Positions 54,548 to 64,000 of a stretch of DNA of 64,000 nt are shown here, in pieces. The notes beneath the pieces are model-generated. The model was not told where the DNA came from. It saw nothing but the letters and a program-made list of their open reading frames with translations, and made no database searches. A program made the translations under genes and the position numbers. Positions within the stretch are counted from its first letter, which is position 1, and the number at the start of each line of letters is the position of its first letter. The stretch is from an uncultured delta proteobacterium (GTDB lineage: Bacteria > Myxococcota > Myxococcia > Myxococcales > Anaeromyxobacteraceae): positions 147,534-211,533 of the forward strand of contig CAWJSR010000055.1 of assembly GCA_963845515.1 (NCBI GenBank). Reading direction: 5' to 3'.

Positions 54548-55358
54548 CTAGCGTCCCAGCAGCGACGCGACCAGGGTCCCGTCGGCCGCCGTCAAGCTGT
54601 GGTCGGCCGGCACGACGAAACTGCGGGCCTGCCCCCGCAGCGTCGCGACGTTGTTGAGATCCTGGCTGAAACCCGGCACCAGGAGGTCGCCCAGACCGAA
54701 AGGCGCGGCGCGCACGATCGAAAAATACTGGATGCGCGGATGCGCCTGGCCGTTCAGCCAGAACAGGGCGCTGCCGGGCACGGCGGGCGAAAGATCGACC
54801 AGGACCGGCCAGGAATGCTTGACCACGCTGATAGTCGCGGCCCCCAACGACATCCTTCACGAAGCCGAACGGGCCGCCTTCGTGCGTGGCGTCGAGGGCC
54901 TGCAGCGCGCGCTCGGTACCCAGATGCGGCGACGCGATGGTGATCAGACGCGTCACGCCATCGGCGCCGCCGCGCACCAGCGCCATGCGTGCCACCACAC
55001 CGCCGGCGGAATGGCCGACCAGCGTAATCGCCTCTTTCGAATGGCGGTCCTTGAGCGCCCGCACGGCGGCGACCAGGATGTCCGATTGCACCATCAAGGG
55101 CGCGGTCGATGGCAGCTCGATGGTGTAGGCCTTCTTCGCGGACTTGCCGAATACCGGCGGCAACGTCGGGCCGCCGGGGCCGGGCAGGATGACCCCGGCC
55201 GGCTGCCAGCCATTGCCGGCCAGCACCGCGTTGATGCCGCTGAACTCCCACGAACCGGCGCTGCCCAAGTAACCGTGCACCAGCAACGCAACATCCGCGC
55301 GAGCGGACTGACTCAGGCCGACGAACAACACGAAGAAAGCGACGATAAACGAACGCAT
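54548..55358 (-). CDS. Secreted alpha/beta hydrolase (lipase/esterase-like); frameshift near 54830
   Basis: Signal peptide; 'LLVHGYLG'; 'GHSAGG'; '[11 protein letters not shown]'; 'GDLLVP'; 'DHSL'. Confidence 0.85.
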
Positions 55359-55435
55359 CACAGTGCCTCCATGTGAATTGAAAATTCGGTACGCCGCCCA
55401 TTTTATCCCCGCCCAAGCATCGGAGAGAGCCCCCC

Positions 55436-57043
55436 ATGAACCCAGCCACCAATGACAAGCTGCCCGATGGCGTCGCAATCAACGCGCCATTGCATCCTCG
55501 TTTCGACGAAATCCTGACCCACGATGCCCTGGCGCTGGTCGCCAGGCTGCATCGCGCCTTCGAGCCACGCCGGCGGGAACTTCTGGCGAAACGTATCGAA
55601 CGCCAGGCGCGCATCGACGCCGGCGAAATGCCCGACTTCCTGCCTGAAACCCGGCACATCCGCGCAGGCGACTGGCGGGTGGCGCCGCTACCCAAGGCAC
55701 TGGAGTGCCGGCGCGTCGAAATCACCGGCCCGGTCGAGCGCAAGATGATCATCAACGCCTTCAACTCGGGCGCCGACTCCTACATGGCCGACTTCGAGGA
55801 TTCCAACAGCCCGAACTGGTTCAACCAGATCCAGGGCCAGGTGAACATCAAGGACGCCATCCGCGGCACCATCAGCCTCGAACAGAACGGCAAGACCTAC
55901 AAACTCAACGACAAGATCGCCACCTTGCAGATTCGTCCGCGCGGCTGGCACCTCGACGAGAAGCACGTCACCGTCGATGGCCAGCGCGTCTCCGGCGGCC
56001 TGTTCGACTTCGCCCTGGTGTTCTTCCACAACGCCAGGCAGCAGGTGGCCAACGGCGCCGGTCCCTTCTACTACCTGCCGAAGATGGAAAGCCATCTGGA
56101 GGCGCGGCTATGGAACGACATCTTTGTCATGGCCCAACACGAAGTCGGCATTCCGCAAGGCACCATCAAGGCCACGGTGCTGATCGAGACCATCCTCGCG
56201 ACCTTCGAACTGGAAGAAATCCTCTACGAGCTGCGCGAGCACAGCGCGGGCCTGAATGCCGGTCGCTGGGACTACATCTTCTCCTGCATCAAGAAGTTCA
56301 AGCGCAACGAGGACTTCTGTCTCGCCCAGCGCGGCGCCATCACCATGGAGGTGCCCTTCATGCGCAGCTACGCCCTGGCGCTGGTCAAGGCCTGCCACAA
56401 GCGTGGCGCGCCGGCCATCGGCGGCATGAGCGCGCTGATCCCGATCAAGAACGATCCGGTCGCCAACGAGAAGGCTCTGGCCGGTATCCGCCACGACAAG
56501 ACCCGCGACGCCAACGACGGCTTCGACGGCGGTTGGGTGGCCCACCCGGGCCTGGTCTCCATCGCCATGGAGGAAATGGTCAAGGTTCTCGGTGACCGCC
56601 CCAATCAATGGGACAAGCAGCGCGACGACGCCTTCGGCCCCCGGGACTGGCTGAATTTCCAGCCCGAGCAGCCCATCACCGAAGCCGGCTTGCGCAACAA
56701 CATCAACGTCGGCATCCACTACCTCGGCTCGTGGCTGGCCGGCAACGGCTGCGTGCCGATCCACAACCTGATGGAGGATGCCGCCACCGCCGAGATCAGC
56801 CGCTCGCAGGTCTGGCAATGGGTACGCTCGCCGAAAGGGCTTCTCGACGATGGCCGCAAGGTGACCGCCGAGATGGTGAAGGCCTTGATCCCCGAGGAAC
56901 TCGCCAAGGTGAAAGCGACTGTCACGGCGCAGGGCGAAGCAACGGCCAGCTACGACCAGGCCGCCGGGATCTTCGAGCAGATGTCGCTCGCCGACAACTA
57001 CCCGGAATTCCTCACCCTGCCGCTCTACGAGGCAATGGACTAG
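55436..57043 (+). CDS. aceB: Malate synthase A
   Basis: 'RRVEITGP'; 'MADFED'; 'RPRGWHL'; 'GRWDYIFS'; 'LMEDAATAEISR'. Confidence 0.97.
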   Translation: MNPATNDKLPDGVAINAPLHPRFDEILTHDALALVARLHRAFEPRRRELLAKRIERQARIDAGEMPDFLPETRHIRAGDWRVAPLPKALECRRVEITGPVERKMIINAFNSGADSYMADFEDSNSPNWFNQIQGQVNIKDAIRGTISLEQNGKTYKLNDKIATLQIRPRGWHLDEKHVTVDGQRVSGGLFDFALVFFHNARQQVANGAGPFYYLPKMESHLEARLWNDIFVMAQHEVGIPQGTIKATVLIETILATFELEEILYELREHSAGLNAGRWDYIFSCIKKFKRNEDFCLAQRGAITMEVPFMRSYALALVKACHKRGAPAIGGMSALIPIKNDPVANEKALAGIRHDKTRDANDGFDGGWVAHPGLVSIAMEEMVKVLGDRPNQWDKQRDDAFGPRDWLNFQPEQPITEAGLRNNINVGIHYLGSWLAGNGCVPIHNLMEDAATAEISRSQVWQWVRSPKGLLDDGRKVTAEMVKALIPEELAKVKATVTAQGEATASYDQAAGIFEQMSLADNYPEFLTLPLYEAMD

Positions 57044-57062
57044 CCTTCGGTCGCCGACTGGA

Positions 57063-57100
57063 AACGACAAGGGCACGCATGGTTGCGTGCCCTTGTCGTT
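57063..57100. terminator. Bidirectional terminator hairpin
   Basis: Perfect 17-bp stem aacgacaagggcacgca-tggt-tgcgtgcccttgtcgtt between convergent genes. Confidence 0.75.
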
Positions 57101-57116
57101 CCACACCACTGCGGCG

Positions 57117-58994
57117 CTATTCGGCCAGGGCTTCGGCCACTTCGCGGACGATCACCCACTTGCCGTCGATCTTCCGCCACTCGAGCGTCTTGGCCACCCG
57201 GTCCCGATAGCCGGCCGCGCGGTAGGTCTGCACAAAGGTGGTGACTGCATTGTTCGGGTCCCTGGCGACGACTTTGACATTGGCGATATCGAGCTGGATA
57301 TCGCGCGCGGCAGCGATGACCTGCTTGCGCTTGGCGGACCAGGCCGGGCGACCGCCGCCATCTGCCGGCGCAAAGCTGTCGGCGTAAGCGTCCAGGTAAG
57401 CCTGCGCGTTTCGGCTTGACCAGGCGTCAGCCCAGTTCTTGAGCGCCAACGCGACGTCACGGTCGGTAGCGGCCGAAGCCGCCACCACGGCGGCGTTGGT
57501 GGCGGCCGGCGCGGGGCCCGCCGCTGGCTGAGTCGCTTCACGCACGTATTCCGCCGCCCGCGCGTCGAGGGCGCCCTTATCCACCGTGTAGAGCACCGGA
57601 CCTTCCGGCGGGCATCGCTCGGCGCCGTCGCCTTCGACTTTCCAATCGACCAGGTCGGGCAGTTCGTCCTTGGCGACACGCGCCAGATCCAGGGTTTGCA
57701 GCAGGTTGCCGAAGCCCGCCTGGGTGCGTACTTGCGCGATCAGCAGGTCATAGTCGGCATTCGTATAGGCGCGCTTGGCCTGGAAGAGTTCGTTCTCGGT
57801 GTCGAGCAGGTCCAGCAGCGTGCGCTGGCCGATGTCGAACTGCTTGCGGTAGGCGTCGTGGGCCTTTTCCGTGGAAAGCTGGTGCTGATCGAGGTAGCCC
57901 AGTTGCTCGGTCAGCTTGCGGGTGTCGTTGTAGGCGATGGCCACCGTCTGTCGCACGTCGCGGCAGACCTTGTCGCGCAGGTCCTTGGCGACATTGACCT
58001 GGTCGGCAAACTGGCGCGCGCGCGCCTGATCGGAAAAGCCATTGAACAGGTTCCAGGTCAGAAACACCTCGGCCGTGCGGTTGTCGGTGCGACCGGTATA
58101 GCCGTTGAGATCGGTACCCCGCTCGTTCTTCAGGCGAAAATCGACGCGCGGCTGATAGGCAGCCTTGCGCACTCCTTGCGCGACGTCCGCCGAACGCAGA
58201 TTCTCGATGGCCGCCTGGATGGCCGGATTGCGTGCCTGGGCGGCATTGAAGAGCGTCGCCGAATCGCCCGGCAGTCCCTTGACCAGGGCCGGCGGCGCGG
58301 CCATGTTCCTCTCCGGCATCGAGCCCACCAAGCGCTGATAGCGCGCGCTCACGTCATGAAGGTTGGATGTTTCGACCAGCAGGTTCGATTCGGCCAGGGC
58401 CAGACGACCCGACGCCTGTTCGAGGTCCACCTTGCGGGCGACGCCGGCCTGCGCCTTCTTCTGGATCTGTTCGAAGACGGCGCGGTGACGCACGTAGTTG
58501 TCTTCCGCCAGATTCACCAGCTTGCGATAACGCAACACGTCCAGATAGGCTCGCGCCGCCTCCAGCGCCGCGCTCTCGGAAGCGTCGAGCAGCTCGAAAT
58601 AGCGGACCTGCCGCGCGTGATCGAGGCGCTTGACTTCGCTGCTCGTGGCGAAACCGTCGTAGAGCATCTGGGTCAGCGACAAGGTCGCGGAACGACGGCT
58701 GTAGTCGCTCTTGAGCAGGGGGTCATCGCGATGCTCGCGGCCGATGCCGGCGGTGAGATCGACGCGCGGCAGGTAGCCGCCGGCGGCGACATCCTTCTCG
58801 TTCACCGACGCCTGGTAGGCGTGCCACTTTTGCAGCACCTCCGGATTGCTCAGTATCGCCTTCTGCGCAACCGACTTGAGCGTATCCTGCTGGGCCAATA
58901 CACTAGCCGGGCCGAGAGCCGCCACACCGAGGCATACAGACAGAACCGTTCTTGTCGCGCGCAGAGAAGCCATTGGAACCCCCAGAGTCGTCAT
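57117..58994 (-). CDS. lapE: TolC-family T1SS outer-membrane protein (LapE/AggA-like) with a C-terminal NTF2-like domain
   Basis: 'GYLPRVDL'; 'LTQMLYDGF'; 'QFDIGQRTLLDLLDTENE'; next to lapG/lapD. Start may be 58973. Confidence 0.85.
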   Translation of the reverse strand: MTTLGVPMASLRATRTVLSVCLGVAALGPASVLAQQDTLKSVAQKAILSNPEVLQKWHAYQASVNEKDVAAGGYLPRVDLTAGIGREHRDDPLLKSDYSRRSATLSLTQMLYDGFATSSEVKRLDHARQVRYFELLDASESAALEAARAYLDVLRYRKLVNLAEDNYVRHRAVFEQIQKKAQAGVARKVDLEQASGRLALAESNLLVETSNLHDVSARYQRLVGSMPERNMAAPPALVKGLPGDSATLFNAAQARNPAIQAAIENLRSADVAQGVRKAAYQPRVDFRLKNERGTDLNGYTGRTDNRTAEVFLTWNLFNGFSDQARARQFADQVNVAKDLRDKVCRDVRQTVAIAYNDTRKLTEQLGYLDQHQLSTEKAHDAYRKQFDIGQRTLLDLLDTENELFQAKRAYTNADYDLLIAQVRTQAGFGNLLQTLDLARVAKDELPDLVDWKVEGDGAERCPPEGPVLYTVDKGALDARAAEYVREATQPAAGPAPAATNAAVVAASAATDRDVALALKNWADAWSSRNAQAYLDAYADSFAPADGGGRPAWSAKRKQVIAAARDIQLDIANVKVVARDPNNAVTTFVQTYRAAGYRDRVAKTLEWRKIDGKWVIVREVAEALAE

Positions 58995-59743
58995 CTTGTT
59001 TTCGGCAAATTATACATAGCCGGTTTTCCGGGCCATCCGCCGGGCTGTCGGGGTACACAATTTCACAAAGCCTGTCTGGCGGACGGCTGCTACGCGCGCT
59101 ATGCGCTTTTCTGACGCTCATCTTCGGCGTTGCCGCAGCCACCGCCCTCGACATCGATCGATTGCTCGCCACGCTCCAGCGCCTGGGCGGCCAAACCGCC
59201 CTGCTGGCCGAGTGGCAACAATTGCTCGAAACCACCGCGAACCTCGATGGCGCGGAAAACAGGCTGCGCCGGGTCAACGAATTCTTCAACCGCCGCATCC
59301 AGTTCGGCGATGACCAGCAGATCTGGGGACAAAGCGACTACTGGGCAACGCCCATGGAAACCTTGGCCAAGGGCAAGGGCGACTGCGAGGACTTCACCAT
59401 CGCCAAGTATTTCACGCTGCTCAATTCGGGCATACCCAACGAACAATTGCGGCTGGTCTACGTCAAGGCCCGCATCGGCGGCACATCCAGCACCGTGCAG
59501 CAGGCGCACATGGTGCTGGCATGGTACGCCACGCCGGATGCCGAGCCACTGGTACTCGACAATCTGATCACCGAGATCCGGCCGGCGGCGCGGCGTCCGG
59601 ATCTGTTACCCGTTTTCAGTTTCAACAGCCAGGGTATCTGGCAAGGCGCCGCTGGCGGCGAACCGCAGAGCGCGGGCGGCATCGGCCGGCTGTCGCGCTG
59701 GCAGGATCTCTTGCAGCGGGCGCGCAAGGAAGGCTTCGACTGA
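58952..59743 (+). CDS. lapG: Transglutaminase-like periplasmic cysteine protease (C93); true start probably near 59070
   Basis: 'DYWATPME...GDCEDFTIAKYF'; 'AHMVLA'; 'LVLDNL'; 'PVFSFN'. Confidence 0.92.
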   Translation: MSRAEKPLEPPESSSCFRQIIHSRFSGPSAGLSGYTISQSLSGGRLLRALCAFLTLIFGVAAATALDIDRLLATLQRLGGQTALLAEWQQLLETTANLDGAENRLRRVNEFFNRRIQFGDDQQIWGQSDYWATPMETLAKGKGDCEDFTIAKYFTLLNSGIPNEQLRLVYVKARIGGTSSTVQQAHMVLAWYATPDAEPLVLDNLITEIRPAARRPDLLPVFSFNSQGIWQGAAGGEPQSAGGIGRLSRWQDLLQRARKEGFD

Positions 59744-59782
59744 GCAGCGCGGCCCATTGAACTTGTATCGAGGGGAATCATC

Positions 59783-61703
59783 ATGTCCATGTACCGCCAA
59801 CTTTGGCTCGCCATCGTCGTCAGCACCCTGCTGGCGTTGCTCGGCAGCCTGCTTGCCTCGACCCTGAGCGCCCGCGCCTATCTCTCGGAACAGTTGAGCA
59901 TCAAGAACTCCGACAACGCCGCCGCGCTGGCCCTTTCGCTCAGCCAGCAAAACCCCGACGAAGTCACCGTGGAGCTGACGGTTTCGGCCTTGTTCGACAG
60001 CGGCCACTACGAACTGATCCGCGTCACCGACCCGTTCGGCAAGACCATGGTCGAGCGCCTCGCCCCGGCCGGGGAATTCGATGTACCGACCTGGTTCGCC
60101 CGCAATTTGCCGATCACCGCCGCGCCCGGCCGGGCACAGATCAGCAAGGGCTGGCAGCAGTTCGGCGCCATCGAGCTGGTCAGCCATAGCCGCTTTGCCT
60201 ACCGTGCGTTGTGGAAGAGCCTCTGGGAAATGGTCGGCGCGCTGGCCGCCGCCGGCCTGGTCGGCGGTTTTCTCGGCTCGCATGGTGCTGCGCCGGCTGC
60301 GCAAGCCGCTCGGGGCGGTGATCGATCAGGCCCAGGCGATCACCCAGCGACGCTTCATCACCATCGCCGAACCCAGGGTGCCGGAGCTGCGCCAACTGGC
60401 CGCCGCCATGAACACGACCGTGGGTCGCCTCAAGGCCATGTTCGAGGAGGAAGCGGCACGCCTGGAAACCGTGCGCCGCGAAGCGAACTGCGACCCACTA
60501 ACCGGCCTTGCCAATCGCGACAACTTCCTGGCCCGCCTGCGCGCGAACCTCACCGACGAGGAGGCGCAAGGCGGCAGCCTCTTGCTGATCCGCGTCGCCA
60601 ACCTCACCGACATCAACCACCGACTCGGCCGCAACGCCACGGACGATCTCTTGAAGCGTATCGGCGCAATCATTGGCCAAGTGGCGACGAAGTACCCGGA
60701 GGGTCTGGGTGCCCGACTGAACGGCGCCGACTATGCATTGCTGCTGCCCGGCCTGAAAGAGCCGCGGCACGTCACGGAAGCCCTGCGACAGACGCTGATC
60801 AACGAATGCGAGTCGTTCGTCGGCACCGGTCCGACGGCTTCGTTCGGCCTCGGCAGCTACCCGCGTGGCATGGAAGCAGGCACGGTACTGGCACAGATCG
60901 ACGCGGCGCTGGCCGCCGCCGAGGCCGAAGGCGCCAACGCCCTCAACGAAGCCCAATTCGTCGCCGACGAGGAAGTACCCAAGACCGCCGACGAATGGTC
61001 ACAACTGATCCGCCGCGCCCTGGAGCAGCGCTGGGTACGACTGATCTCCTTCCCGGTGGCGGACCTCGCGGGCCGTGGCATCCACCGGGAATGCCCGCTG
61101 CGCCTGATGCTGGACGAGCACGGCGAGTGGCTGCCCGCCGGCCGCTTCCTGCCCATGGCCGAGCGGCTGAAATTGACGCCGCAACTCGACCTGGCCGCCA
61201 TCTCGCTCGGCCTGGAGCAACTCGATGCCGAGACCGCCATGCCCGATCTGGCCATCAACATCTCGGCCAGCTCGATCGAGGACGAGGGATTCCGCCGGCA
61301 GTTGCTCGGCTGCCTGCAGCAGCGGCCCCGTGCCGCCGGCCGCCTGTGGCTGGAAGTGGCAGAAAATGGCGCTCTCCACCACTTCGACGCCTTCCGCAGG
61401 ATGGTCGGTGAACTCAAGGGTACCGGCTGCCGCATCGGCATCGAGCACTTCGGCCGCCAATTCAGCCAGATCGGTCTGTTGCACGATCTCGGCATCGACT
61501 ACCTGAAAGTCGACGCCAGCTTCATTCGCCACCTCGAAGCCAACGCCGGCAACCAGGCATTCCTGAAAGGGCTGGCCGGCATCGCCCACGGCATCGGCCT
61601 GATGGTGATCGCCGAAGGCGTGGTCAGCGACGCCGAATTGCGGGCGCTGGCAAGCGTCGACTTCGACGGCGCCACCGGGCCGGCGATCACGGACATCGCA
61701 TAA
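59783..61703 (+). CDS. lapD: c-di-GMP receptor (periplasmic domain-HAMP-degenerate GGDEF-EAL); frameshift near 60280
   Basis: 'MSMYRQLWL'; 'ALFDSGHY'; 'VPTWF'; 'GWQQFG'; degenerate 'NGADY' and 'ECPLRL'; 'EHFG'; 'KVDASF'. Confidence 0.92.
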
Positions 61704-61706
61704 GTA

Positions 61707-61734
61707 AGCGAGGCCCACCGACACGGGCCTCGCT
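61707..61734. terminator. Hairpin between convergent lapD and adhesin genes
   Basis: agcgaggccc-N8-gggcctcgct. Confidence 0.6.
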
Positions 61735-61745
61735 GACCGACTTTC

Positions 61746-64000
61746 TCAGTCAGTGATCAGCTTGCCCTTGGTAAGCAGATCCTGAATCACCTGCTGATCG
61801 GTCGTAAACGAACCAACCAGATTGACGCCCTGTAGCAAGATGGTCTGCTCCACCGCGCCAGCCGCATCGGCATTGACGCTAACGGTGGTATTCGTGCCAT
61901 CGGTGGTGAAGTGCAAGTAATTGGCCAAATTGCCGGCATTGGTGTTGCCATGCGCTTCGTTAACCAGCAGATCACGCAGATCGAGCACATCGGTACCGGC
62001 TGTCAAACCAAAACCCTGCACCGTATCCGTACCGGCTTCTCCCAGTCTCCACCGCATGACATCCGAACCGAGACCACCATCAAGACTATCGTCGCCGGCA
62101 CCGCCAATCAGGACGTCGTTGCCGGCGCCGCCGATCAGCGTATCAACGCCATTTGTTCCCGCCAACCAATCGTCACTGGCGGTACCCGCGACATGGTCGA
62201 GCTTGGTGCTGTCCGAATCGCTCGCGCTGCTCCCACCTACCGCTTCCGTCGCGGTTACGCTGGCCGTGATTCCGTTCACCTGGCCATCCGTCAGCGCAAC
62301 CCCCGAGGTCATGGCAATAACATGGCCGACCTGAACCGTGGCGGTACCGCCTGTAACAGTGATCGGCGTAGCACCGTCCATCAGCGTTACGCCAGATGGA
62401 ATGCCCGTCAGCGTTATCACCGAAAGCGACTCACTGCCATCGGTGTCGTTGAGATAGGCCTCGGTATTCAGGGTATAGCTATAAACACCACTATTGATTG
62501 TCAGGTTGTCAAAGCGGACCACCGAGTCGTTATCGAAGCTATAAAACCCGACGTTGTTCAGCGCGGGCGCGGTTGTTGCGCCGCCCGTCACGGTTCCATA
62601 ACCATAGTTCAGACTAGTCGTTGCGCTAGACGTGATATCCGTTGCCGTTACCGCAATGCCCGTATTGCTCACCGCAATGTTCAGGTTGAACCAGTCGTCA
62701 CCGGCAAAAGCAGCTCTTGCCAAATCGATCGGAACACCACCGACAACTTGCACCAGTGATAGCTCCTGGTACTGACCCGGGTAGCCGTTGAACTGGCTGC
62801 CCCCTGGCGCGTAGTCTGGGCTCGGATTTTCCCAGCGGGCCAGGAAGTAGTTATTGTCGTCAACGTAACCGAACACGAAGCCAACGCCATTCGCTTGTGC
62901 GGAACCCGCGTCCGCATAGAGTTGCGCGGAAATGACATAGCTGGTCGATGCTTTTTCGGCGCCGGTAAGTGCGGCGCCGGTATATTGCAGAAAACCTTGC
63001 GCATCGTCGGACCCGGATGCGCCACCCTGGTTATATGCCGCGAAAGTCGAGCCATCCGCGGACTCGCCTGCATTCGTCCGGGTCGTCCAACGGTTGGCAA
63101 AGTTGGTTTGCTCGGTTGCGTTGCTACCTGTCTGGCCATTCCATGCAACATTATTGAACAGCGTTGTTTCGGTTTGCGTCTTGCCATTGCCACCGGGGAT
63201 TTCGGCAAACGAATTGCCGAAAAGGGCATTTGCCGTCCAACCAGTCGTACCACCACTATTAAAGTTGGCTGAGAACAGGTTGTTGGTGGAGGTAATCATG
63301 CCGTTGCTGGCCACATGCGCGTAGACGGTGGGCACATCCGCCACCGCGGTCACCGTCACATTGACGTTGGCTGTCTCGGTAACGCCGCCGCTGGTCACCG
63401 TATAGGTGAAGGCCGGCACCGCGCCGCTAAAATCGGCCGGCGGCGTGAACACGAGATTGCCTCCGACCAGCGCCACCGCGCCGTTGGTCACCGCCACCGC
63501 CGCGCCACCATCGACGATCGCCAGCCCATTGACCGCCGTGATCTGGTGACCCACGTTTTCAAAGGTGTCGTTGGCATTGACGTTGATCGTCACCGCCGTG
63601 TCTTCGTTGGTCGTCACCACATTGGCGGCAATGTCCACCACCGGGGTAACCGTGATCGCCACCGTGTTGCTCACCACCGGAGCCACACCGTCGTTGGTCG
63701 CCACCGTCAGCGTCGCGCCACCGTTGTAGTCCGCCGTCGGAGCGTAGGCCAGACCATTTAGGGCCGCCGTAATGTTGGCCGGCGAACCCACCAGGGTGAC
63801 GCTGCCCGTGCCGTTATTGGTGATGGCGACACCCGCCGTGGCCACGGCGATCAGCGTACCGTTGGTTACTGTCACCACCGTGGTCACCGATGCATTATCG
63901 ACATCCGCCACGGTAATGGCGTTGCCGTTCGCCACGCTGAACACCCGCGCCACATCCTCGTTGGTGCTCTGCGCACCCGGCACACCTTGCGTCGGCGCAT
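61746..64000 (-). CDS. 3' end of a large T1SS-secreted RTX adhesin (LapA-like); continues beyond the window
   Basis: Cadherin/Ig-like repeats ('TNEDTAV', 'YAPTADYNG', 'ITVTPVVD'); GGxGxD nonapeptides; T1SS C-terminal domain 'DVLDLRDLL...NYLHF...LLTKGKLITD'. Confidence 0.92.
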   Translation of the reverse strand, partial: APTQGVPGAQSTNEDVARVFSVANGNAITVADVDNASVTTVVTVTNGTLIAVATAGVAITNNGTGSVTLVGSPANITAALNGLAYAPTADYNGGATLTVATNDGVAPVVSNTVAITVTPVVDIAANVVTTNEDTAVTINVNANDTFENVGHQITAVNGLAIVDGGAAVAVTNGAVALVGGNLVFTPPADFSGAVPAFTYTVTSGGVTETANVNVTVTAVADVPTVYAHVASNGMITSTNNLFSANFNSGGTTGWTANALFGNSFAEIPGGNGKTQTETTLFNNVAWNGQTGSNATEQTNFANRWTTRTNAGESADGSTFAAYNQGGASGSDDAQGFLQYTGAALTGAEKASTSYVISAQLYADAGSAQANGVGFVFGYVDDNNYFLARWENPSPDYAPGGSQFNGYPGQYQELSLVQVVGGVPIDLARAAFAGDDWFNLNIAVSNTGIAVTATDITSSATTSLNYGYGTVTGGATTAPALNNVGFYSFDNDSVVRFDNLTINSGVYSYTLNTEAYLNDTDGSESLSVITLTGIPSGVTLMDGATPITVTGGTATVQVGHVIAMTSGVALTDGQVNGITASVTATEAVGGSSASDSDSTKLDHVAGTASDDWLAGTNGVDTLIGGAGNDVLIGGAGDDSLDGGLGSDVMRWRLGEAGTDTVQGFGLTAGTDVLDLRDLLVNEAHGNTNAGNLANYLHFTTDGTNTTVSVNADAAGAVEQTILLQGVNLVGSFTTDQQVIQDLLTKGKLITD

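Overview
The window is almost certainly two unrelated genomes joined at about nt 32,950. The left half (1-32,949) is very GC-rich and resembles Anaeromyxobacter/Myxococcota (inferred). It carries: a heme-c sensor kinase / archaemetzincin / sigma54-regulator operon, purU, TerC, an RND pump, pgm, a divergent EF-G paralog, vapBC, class I fumarase, pepD, aguBA, two large lipoproteins and a family of REP-like palindromes. The right half (32,950-64,000) is less GC-rich and resembles a Rhodocyclales betaproteobacterium (inferred). It carries: a flhDC-motAB-chemotaxis cluster with two unusual three-input chemoreceptors, an HDOD-REC-GGDEF cyclase, the glyoxylate shunt and a LapE/LapG/LapD/RTX-adhesin system. 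Genes on both sides of the junction are truncated. Many conserved genes carry single-base frameshifts that look like long-read errors rather than pseudogenes. I found no CRISPR array, rRNA, tRNA, phage or IS element. The best leads are the protease embedded in a two-component operon, the FAD-PAS/4HB/heme-PAS receptor pair with near-identical 3' ends, the short motif arrays in CheA/CheD/MCP, and the LapE-NTF2 fusion with a compositionally foreign adhesin tip domain. All product calls come from motif recognition by eye; no database search was run.
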